Shown: positions 53,903 through 64,000 of the stretch, piece after piece
Position numbering within the stretch: the first letter of the stretch is position 1
Layout of the letters: each line of letters starts with the position of its first letter
Assembly: GCA_964016885.1 (NCBI GenBank)
Contig: CAXHJY010000109.1
Location: forward strand, 62,001-126,000
From: Eledone cirrhosa
Taxonomy: Eukaryota
Reading direction: 5' to 3'
Length of the DNA: 64,000 bases
Program-made: the position numbers and the translations under genes
Notes under the pieces: generated by a model
The model's input: only the letters and a program-made list of their open reading frames with translations
Database searches by the model: none
What the model was told of the DNA's origin: nothing

Positions 53903-53933
53903 TTATGTATGTATGTATGCATGTATGTATGTA

Positions 53934-53974
<41 letters not shown>

Positions 53975-53981
<7 letters not shown>

Positions 53982-54150
53982 GCTTGATGGTTCACAATCG
54001 TAAGGTCAGTCGTATCGCTGGGGTGTTGTGTTAACTTGAGCCGGACTTTATTTCATGTTGTTACACCCCACCAAACAGACATAAGTACGTTGTATCTAAT
54101 TCATAAGACCATCCTTGTCATATATCATGACATGCTGAATCTCTCTGAGG
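53975..54150 (+). mobile_element. Degenerate SINE family B fragment
   Basis: ttcacaatcgtaaggtc and ttgagccggactttatttcatgttg resemble the 8328 copy. Confidence 0.4.
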
Positions 54151-54191
54151 GGTGAGTAATTCCTACATACACACACGCGTGTGTGTGTGGG

Positions 54192-54263
<72 letters not shown>

Positions 54264-54620
54264 TATCTACATACATACATCTAGATATATACACTATATT
54301 ACTAAATGGAAACTATATTTCTAAAACCATATATATATATATATATATATATATGTAGGAGGTGAGTTTTATTGTAGTACAACAAAGCAATGCAGATATC
54401 GGATAAGAAGCACTCTACAGTTTGTAGGACTGGAGTATACATAATATAAGATCAAAAGATGGTTAAAGGAGTTCCATGTATTTTATTATGCGCATTTCAA
54501 AAACAAACATCATCATGCAATAATATTTGTATTTTCATCAGATAAAACAGGAGAACATGATATGAAGGCTAAAAAACACTTGTGGATAGTGCAGTTTTAA
54601 ATCAACATATATATATATAT

Positions 54621-55031
54621 ATGGTGGCTGCCAACTCGTTTTCGAGTACGGCCACTACTTTATATCCATGTAGGAGAACCCTACCAATGCGCTGATCGAA
54701 TGTGACATTTTACTCCAGCCAGCGACTTGAAAACTCTGGTACAAACACTACACTTGTGACAATTATTGACACATAGTGCTGGGCCCATGGTACCATGTGA
54801 CGACAAGTGCAGAGAGATCTCCAGATATAAAGCAATGCCTGTGCCGGGAAGCTTTTATAGTGAGCAAAGGCACTGCACAAAGCCAGTCCCACTCTCTTAA
54901 CCAAGATGATATTTACCAAAAAGAACAACAAGTCAACATCATTGGATACCATCAGGGTTGCAGGTGTTATATCAGAGTTTTCCTTCTCCTAGAATTCTGC
55001 CTTGACAAAGGCTAAGGGGTCATCTCTCCCG
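54621..55031 (-). mobile_element. RTE-type 5' UTR-like repeat, copy 2
   Basis: High identity to 50998-51385, with an extra ~21 nt near 54750. Confidence 0.55.
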
Positions 55032-56833
55032 GATATATATATATATAGATGCATATATACATGCCTATATAAACATATACATACATACATCTATATATAT
55101 ATTTAGCTGCATATATATACATGCTTATATAAACATATACATACACACACAAATAATCATACATATACACACACAAATATAAATACACATATATAAACAC
55201 ACACACACAAACATACATATATAAACATACATTCAGAGAGAGAGAGAGGGACAGAAAGAATTAACAAGGATGTGAATCCATTGACAGCGGCATGTGAAGA
55301 AGAAGAAGAAAAAGAAGATGGCGAAGAAGAAGAAAAAGAAGAAAAAGATGGCGAAGAAGAAGAAAAAGAAGATGGCGACGACGACGACGACGAAGAATAA
55401 GACGAAAAAGAAGACGAAAAAGAAGACGACGACGACGAAGAATAAGACGAAAAAGAAGACGAAGACGACGAAGAAGAAGAAAGAGGGCAAAGAAGAAGAA
55501 GAAGAAGATGAAGATGAAGTAGATGGCGGAGAAGAAGACATAAAGAAAGTTGAAGTCAGTAGATTAATTTCCAAACAGTTTGCTAATATCTTTGACAGGA
55601 GCTGCAAGCGATACAGGTTTTTAATTGCCTCAAATATGTGACATTTTCCTGTTTATTACTAATGAGAAAATTAGAGAATATAATCGTAGTAGTAATATTA
55701 ATACACACATATACACATGCATACATACACACACACATATTTATATACATACATACTTGTATATATGTATACACACAGATATATATATACATAATCATAT
55801 ATGTATATATACACATGCATATGTACATACATACATATATAAATGTATATGTTTATCTACACTCACATACATACATATATACACACACATATATATATAC
55901 ATACATACTTGCATATATACACATGCATATGTACATACATACATACATATATATATATACATAATCATATCTGTATATGTACACTTGTATATACACACAT
56001 ATACATATATATATACATTAATATATGTATATCTACACACACACACATATATATATATACATAATCATATCTGTATATGTACACTTGCATATACACACAT
56101 ATACATATATAAATGTATATATATATGTATATCTACACACACACACACATATATACACACACACATACATACATATATATATATACACAGACATATACAT
56201 ATATATACATATATAAATGTAAATGTATATGTATATCTACACACACATATATACATACATATATACACACACACACACATACATACACACTGGATAACTG
56301 TAAAACCATTATAGACATATTTTTCATGTTGAAACTCAAGTACAGCTGGGTGACAGATTGAAAATATTTGCGGCGGAGGCGGCGACAACAACAACAACAA
56401 CAACAACAACAACGACAATGACAACGATACTTGTAATAGCAAGGTTGACACCCGGCGTGATTTGGGATAGAAGCACAACTCAAAGGGAAGTTTCAATAAT
56501 AATAATAATGATGATGATGATGATGATGATGATGAATAAATAAATAAATAAATAACTATTGAAAGAATGAAATAATGGCTGCTTTGTTTTGTTTTGTACA
56601 AAAGTAATGAAAATTTAAATATATGAACACGTGATGTACTGCTGAGCTAACACAACTTCAGAAGTTTCTGGTTTAGATATATAGCAAGTAATACAGTAAA
56701 ATAGCCATCCATGGGCCGGTATTAACTTTTCATGGCGTTACAGGGACGCCATTTTGACTTATGACCTGTCTGGAACTTGTTTGGCTGATGGACTCTATTT
56801 TACACCAGATCGGGACAACACCGTGTCCTTCTT

Positions 56834-56868
56834 GACAGACAGACAGACAGAGTCAGACAGACAGAGTC

Positions 56869-56899
<31 letters not shown>

Positions 56900-57108
56900 G
56901 TCAGACAGACAGAGTCAGACAGACAGAGTCAGACAGACAGAGTCAGACAGACAGAGTCAGACAGACAGAGTCAGACAGACAGAGTCAGACAGACAGAGTC
57001 AGACAGACAGAGTCAGACAGACAGAGTCAGACAGACAGAGTCAGACAGACAGAGTCAGACAGACAGAGTCAGACAGACAGAGTCAGACAGACAGACAGAA
57101 AGACAGAG
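56834..57108. repeat. 14-bp (GACAGACAGAGTCA)n minisatellite
   Basis: Direct inspection. Confidence 0.92.
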
Positions 57109-57109
57109 C

Positions 57110-57306
57110 CCCGTGAGGTGGGCTGACTGTTACAGTGGACAACATCCTACCTGAGACAGGGGACCCGTAAGGATGGGGGCCCGCGTGGTGGGGAGACTGT
57201 TACAGCGGACAACCTGAGGGAGGAGTCCCCTGAGGTGGGGAGACTGTTACAGCGGACAACCCGAGGGAGGAGTCCCGTGGGGTGGGGTGAATGTTACAGC
57301 GGACAT
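57110..57306. repeat. Four diverged ~50-70-bp tandem units (GTGGG.GACTGTTACAGCGGACAAC)
   Basis: TGTTACAG.GGACA recurs four times. Confidence 0.75.
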
Positions 57307-58721
57307 ATACCAAACTCAAAATGTAGAGAATTATATATGATAGTATATAATTGCCATGTCTTTTCAGAATTAACTCAATGTGTTTATATACTGGTTATTG
57401 TGTATATATATATATATTGGTTATATATCATTGTGTATAGATATATTGGTTATATATCATTGTATATATATTTATATTGGTTATATATATATATATATTG
57501 GTTATATATCATTGTGTATATATATATAGTGGTTATACATCATTGTGTATATATATATAGTGGTTATACATCATTGTGTATATATATATATATAGTGGTT
57601 ATACATCACTGTGTATATATATATATTGGTTATATATCATTGTATATATATATATATAGTGGTTATACATCACTGTGTATATATATATATATAGTGGTTA
57701 TATATCATTGTATATATATATATATTGGTTATATATCATTGTATATATATATATATATTGGTTATATATCATTGTATATATATATATTGGTTATATATCA
57801 TTGTATATATATATATAGTATTAAGGATACTATTTATGGTTATGTATATACTAAAACTGTTTATAGTTATATATATTTTAAACCCTAAACAGTGAAAGAC
57901 AGTAATTTATTACTATCTTATTACCAGTAAGATAAATAGCTCAATGTAATAACATCGCTTGTTCTACAGAGCAGTTATATATATATATATATATATATAT
58001 ATTTGGTATACATCATTGTGTGTATATAGATATTAATAGTAGGGGTTTTCACCTAATATTCAAATAATTGGGCGTACAACTCTTGAAACATGTGGAAGGA
58101 ATTAGAAATTATTTAAAACCTAATTTGTTCATCTATATATTTGATTATATATATATAAAAGAGAGAGAAAGTGATGTGTGTGTATGCATATAGAGGGCGA
58201 TAGAGATAGAAATGTGTGTGCGTGTATGTGTATATACATACATACATACATACATACATACATACATACATACATACATACATACATACATAATATACAT
58301 ACATACTTATATACAAACATATATAGAGATTTTTCCATCTATATATTTGATTATATATATATAAAAGAGAGAGAGAAAGTGATGTGTGTGTATGTATCCA
58401 TATAGAGGCGATAAAGATAGAAATGTGTGTGCGTGTATGTGTATATACATAGACATACACACATACATACATACATTATATATATACACTTATATACAAA
58501 CATAAGTAGAGAGATAGAGAAACATTTGTGTGTGTGTGTGTAATATACATACATACATACATACATACATACATACATTATATATATACACTTATATACA
58601 AACATATATAGAGAGATAGAGAAACATTTGTGTGTGTGTAATATACATACATACATTATATATATACATACTTATATACAAACATATATAGAGAGAGATA
58701 GAGAAACATTTGTGTGTGTAA

Positions 58722-58757
<36 letters not shown>

Positions 58758-59854
58758 CAGAACATATATGCTATTATATTTCAATGAAATATGGTGTTGA
58801 AAATAGTGAACATCCTGTTTAATAAAGTTATGGAGGCTACCAGTTTCTACAGCTGCCAACAGATCGGATAACGACAATTTCTGTTCAAATAAGATGTCTT
58901 AATACTTGCAGACTTTTCCTTGTCTTCTTTTGTCTCAAATCTTACATTGAAATTACTACAAGGTCAGTCAGTCAGAGCTTCAGATTTCAATCTGGAACTT
59001 TGCTACGCAATAGGATTGTTGTTGCTGTTGTTATTGTTGTTAGTTTTGCTACTGTTGTTGTTACTGTTGTTGTTGCGGTTGTTTTTGTTGTTTTTACTGT
59101 TTTTGCTGTTGTTACTTTTATTATTTTTTTACTGTTACTGTTGTTGTTACTGTTGCTGTTTTGTTACTGTTGTTATTGATTTTTTTTATTGTTGTTGTTA
59201 CTATTTTCCTCATTTTCTCTCCTCCATGTCTGTCACTACCCGTGTCATACACAAAAGCGTTCCCATTATGACCATCCCGTATTTGTTTTTTTCCTTTTTT
59301 GGTATACGAGGAACTGTGACAATGATTAGCGGCTCTCATTTTGGTTTAACCCTTTCGTGACAGCATTTCTAATATAAATTTGTACTGTATGGCCCCCTAG
59401 CCCTTAATGGTATCGTAAGAGGGCCTTGGTGACATACAGTGTGTTTGGGGCATTTTTTACATCTGGAGAGCCAATCCTTTCTTCAGCTCCGAACGCAGCT
59501 AATTTCTTTCAGAGAACGGGGAGGGTGAAAGAGAATGTCAGAGAAGAAGTGGGAAAGAGATATAGGGGGGAAATTGACCCCAGTGCTGGACTGGTATTTT
59601 CTTTTCCTCGACTACGAAAGAGTGAAAGGCAAAGTTGACCTTGATGGAATTTGAACTAAGAAAGCAGAGAACCGGAACAAAGGCAGCAAAGCATTCTATC
59701 CGACGTTCTAATCATTTTACAAATTTTCTGTCTTTCTAATGAAATGGACTATTTCATTTGATGAAGAATTTTGAAGGATTTACTGAAATTATTAATTATT
59801 TCGTTACTAAGATAACAACTTAACATTAGTTTTTAATAGTAGATTTTAATATAA

Positions 59855-60246
59855 ATAATTGTTTCTACTTTAGGCACAAGGCCAGCAAATACCCAGTGCA
59901 TTACTGGTACTTTATTTTATCGACCCCGTAAGGATGAAAGGCAAAGTTAACCTTGGCAGGATTTGAACTCAGACTGTAAAGGGACGTAACTATGCTGGAA
60001 AGCATGGCGTCCGACCCTCTACCGATACTGCCAATCCACCACCCTATTAATATAAATAATTGTTTCTAATTTAGGCACAAGGCCAGCAAATACCCAGTGC
60101 ATTACTGGTACTTTATTTTATCGACCCCGTAAGGATGAAAGGCAAAGTCAACCTCGGCAGGATTTGAACTCAGACTGTAAAGGGACGTAACTATGCTGGA
60201 AAGCATGGCGTCCGACCCTCTACCGATACTGCCAATCCACCACCCT
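59855..60246 (-). mobile_element. Tandem dimer of SINE family A (~201-bp period)
   Basis: Two nearly identical copies. TTAATATAAATAAT occurs before, between and after them. Confidence 0.92.
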
Positions 60247-60404
60247 ATTAATATAAATAATAACCCTTTAGAATGGGTGGTTTTGTTTCATAGGACCAGA
60301 TCCGTACGTCAGTTTGGTATCAAAAGTATTAACCCTTTTGACACTGCGTCTGGATCAGTTCTTGATTCTACGATACAAAACTGTTGAATAGAGCAGATCT
60401 CTTC

Positions 60405-60600
60405 CAAGCGTTATGTCCTTGAAGAAGAACATTTATTTCGTGTTGCTCTTTGTGCCAGAAGTTTACGACAGGCAGATAGTATCAGCAATGGAAACATTGT
60501 TTCCTTGGTCCGATTTGATGAGCTTCTCCCCTTTCGGTAAGTGAAAGAGGTCTGACAACTTATCGATTGACATCCGTTCTTTAGTGAACAGCGGTAAACA
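60405..60600 (+). mobile_element. SINE family B body fragment
   Basis: gcgttatgtccttga and ggaaacattgtttcct.ggtccgat are shared with 8405-8523. Confidence 0.65.
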
Positions 60601-60718
60601 TAGGCACAGACAGATAGACAGACAGACAGACAGACAAACAATGTCACAGTCAGACAGACAGACAACAGAGTCACAGACAGAGTCACAGACAGACAGACAG
60701 ACAGACAATGTCACAGTC

Positions 60719-60752
<34 letters not shown>

Positions 60753-60784
60753 TGTCACAGTCAGACAGACAGACAGACAGAGTC

Positions 60785-60820
<36 letters not shown>

Positions 60821-61224
60821 TGTCACAGTCAGACAGACAGACAGACAGACAATGTCACAGACAGACAGACAATGTCAGACAGACAGACAGACAATGTCAC
60901 AGTCAGACAGACAATGTCACAGACAGACAATGTCACAGACAGACAGACAGACAGACATAGACAGAATGACCGAAAATGTATACACGCATACTACTAGGAT
61001 TATAACTACTACTACCACTACTACCAATATCACAGCGACTACTATCACTACTAATATCACAAAGATTACTACCACTACTACCAATATCACAGCGACTACT
61101 ACCACTAGTATAACAACTACTACTACTACTATTACTACATCTCTCGTTTTATAGTTATTTCCCTACCCCCACCCCATTTCATAATGTAGCTCAGACTGAC
61201 AAGTGAAAAGGTTACCATACATTA

Positions 61225-62130
61225 TCATCATCACCATCACCACTACTATCTCTGTCAACACTACCACCATCACCACTACCAACACTAACACTACTATCAC
61301 CAATACCACCTCTACCACCACCAACACCACCATCAACCACAACCACCACCACTAATTCCACCACCAACAACAACACTACTACTACCAACACTACCACTAC
61401 CATCACCACCACTAACACCACCACCACTACCACTACTGCCACCGTCACCAACGACACTACTACTACCACCACCAACACCACTACCATCAACACCATCAAC
61501 ACTACCACCACTACTACTACCACCACCAACATTACTACTACCAACATCACCACCACCACCACCACTACCATCACCACCACCAACACTACTACTACCATCA
61601 CCACCACTAACACCACCACCACTACCGCTACTGCCACCATCACCAACGACACTACTACTACCACCACCAACACCACTACCATCAACAACACCATCAACAC
61701 TACCACCACTACTACTACCACCACCAACATTACTACTACCAACATTACCACCACCACCACCACTACCATCACCACCACCAACAACAACACTACTACTACC
61801 AACACTACCACTACCATCACCAACATTACTACCACCACCACTACCATCACCACCACCAACAACAACACTACTACTACCAACACTAACACTAACATCACCA
61901 CCACAACCACCAACATTACTACCATCAACACTACCACTAACACTCACCACCACCAACAACACTACTACTACCAACACTACCACTAACATCACCACCACAA
62001 CCACCAACATTACTACCATCAACACTACCACTAACACTCATCACTACCAACAACAACACTACTACTACCCACACTACCACCACCACCACTACCATCAACA
62101 CTACCACCACTACCAACACCACTAACACCA
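61225..62130. repeat. (ACC/ACT)n trinucleotide low-complexity tract
   Basis: Direct inspection. Confidence 0.9.
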
Positions 62131-62236
62131 TAAAACACGATAAAATAAAGTACCAGTAATGCACTGAGTGATTGCTGGCCTTGTGCCAAAAGTAGAAACA
62201 ATTATATACACATACACATATATACACACACACACA

Positions 62237-62269
<33 letters not shown>

Positions 62270-62899
62270 CACTCACACACACATACATATGAAAGCAGAC
62301 ACATTCATCCATTCACATACACAATCTCATTGTAACAGAAATGGAATTTTCCTGTTGGTCTAAAGAAACGGTCGTAAATCAATTTTAATTAAAATACTTC
62401 ATAATCTTATATATATATATATATATATATAAGATTATGTATATATATATATATGTCATTTTAGTTTGGTCGCTGACACAGTTCCGCTGCAATTGTGAAA
62501 CTGTGTCAGTAACCAGATTGCAAAGATTGCGAAGTAAATGTTAAGACCAAGAAATAAATTATAACTGTAAAGTGAATTTAATAGTTTATGATATAATTGC
62601 TATAATTTCAATATACTAGGATATTTTCACCATGCTTGTGTGTATATATATATATATATATACCACAACTATTATAAACACCTTGCATATTTCTATAGGT
62701 ACCTAGTGCCTGTTGAAATATCCATACCCTTTTATGATTTTTCTCCTTATGTAGAGAACAAAACGTTGTATCGTGCTGCTAGTTTTAGTGGCATGATCAG
62801 TTTATAATAAACAGCTCTTACTTGTGGCCTAATTTTGCGTGTGTGTCATTTTAACGGCCTGACCGCATGCGTTAGGCAGGAAGCGAAATATTGACTTAC

Positions 62900-62982
62900 T
62901 GTGAGATTAGCAACCTTATAGTATGGAAATAAGTTGTCTGAAGATCTAATTCTTTCCATTAGAAATTCTCTGGATTTCCAAT
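62900..62982 (-). CDS. Candidate internal exon of an unidentified gene
   Basis: aag|AT TGG...CTC ACA|gtaagt. Open frame WKSREFLMERIRSSDNLFPYYKVANLT. Consensus donor, weak acceptor. Confidence 0.3.
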
Positions 62983-63187
62983 CTTTGGATTGGTGAAACC
63001 GTCGGTAACAGCAACAGAACAGGTGATTATTTAAATCGTTTTTTAATTTATTTAAAGGATTGTTTGATAATTGCTTGCTCCGATCATTTATACATATATA
63101 TATAGTGAAAAATGGAACGGGACCAAAACAGAGAGGCAGTACGAACAAAGGTTTATTAGTTTCACGTTCTTGAGAGTGGGGGGATGG

Positions 63188-63224
63188 GGAACGACGTTTC
63201 GGGCATAAGCCCTCTTCAGGCGAA
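63188..63224 (-). ncRNA. Minimal hammerhead core in a Penelope-type terminal repeat
   Basis: CUGAAGA-GGGC uuau GCCC-GAAA-CGUC. Stem I has only 2 pairs. Confidence 0.5.
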
Positions 63225-63267
63225 AAGTGTGTGGGAAGAGAGTTCCGAGGGTGTGTAGGCAAGTGGA

Positions 63268-63305
<38 letters not shown>

Positions 63306-63699
63306 GCGAAAACACAGACACACTTACAAAAATACACACTCACAGATATACATTCACACAAATACACAAACATTCACACATTCGCACAAACACACACACA
63401 CATATACATTTACACAAACACTCACACACAGCGCAGCAAATGGAACGCCATTCGCTGTTTTACTGTAGTTTTTTCACTACACACTTCCTTCCTTTTACAC
63501 ACACACACACACAGATTGTGTGACGGACGGAAGTCGCTGAAATTTATATATAGATATCTTCTCAGACGTTGTATCTGTCATGTCCTGAAATAAGCTGATC
63601 AGTTAGAAGAATGAGTATATGCTGACAGTAAGTGTGCGGGGAGCTGGGTTTATTCTTTATTTTAGTCACCCCGTACGACCTGAAATCAGTACTTAAAGT

Positions 63700-64000
63700 T
63701 ATAAGTTTTGTAACATAGAACCCCATCCAATTTTCAGGAGGTTTTCCTTATCATTCTTCGCACACTTATTTCTGAGAAGGTCGTAGGTGCGAGTTCTCAA
63801 ATACTCGTTCCACCAGGTCCTGTCAGAACCAACCGTCTGCAATTGATCCGACTGGATCCCCAAGAGAGACCATCCAAGTTCATGGATGTTGTCCAACCAT
63901 CTTGCTCTGGGTCTCCTATCAGTTGGTTTTGCCCAGCGATTCTTTCCTAAGACATTCTAACCACATGCCCATAGTATAAGAGCTGTGATCTCTCAATTCA
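63700..64000 (-). pseudogene. RTE-type LINE ORF C-terminal fragment
   Basis: RRPRARWLDNIHELGWSLLGI...SDRTWW, resembling the GRP..RW.D...DR..W motif. Confidence 0.7.

Noticed and set aside
55294-55641. Lys/Glu-rich ORF
   Set aside because: GAA/GAC trinucleotide low-complexity tract.

Overview
Eukaryotic, AT-rich, gene-poor DNA that is almost entirely repeats. The mix of (TA)n/(CA)n/(GA)n tracts and tRNA-derived SINEs resembles an octopus/cephalopod genome (inference from recalled repeat families, not a search). Most long ORFs in the track are microsatellite artefacts. Recognisable coding remnants are all retroelements: a Penelope-like GIY-YIG fragment, two CR1-type LINE fragments, two R4/Dong-type restriction-like endonuclease 3' ends in microsatellites, and RTE-type 5' and 3' pieces. 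Two SINE families are present. Main observations: (1) about ten type I hammerhead-ribozyme motifs from several unrelated short repeats next to (TA)n, some doubled into fold-back palindromes, one with 255-bp arms; (2) homogeneous tandem arrays built from functional-looking modules: 11 x 123-bp SINE Pol III head, 13 x ~140-bp RTE zinc-finger segment, and 9 x 57-bp in-frame splice-acceptor-like unit. Only weak candidate host exons were seen, and no host gene could be named.
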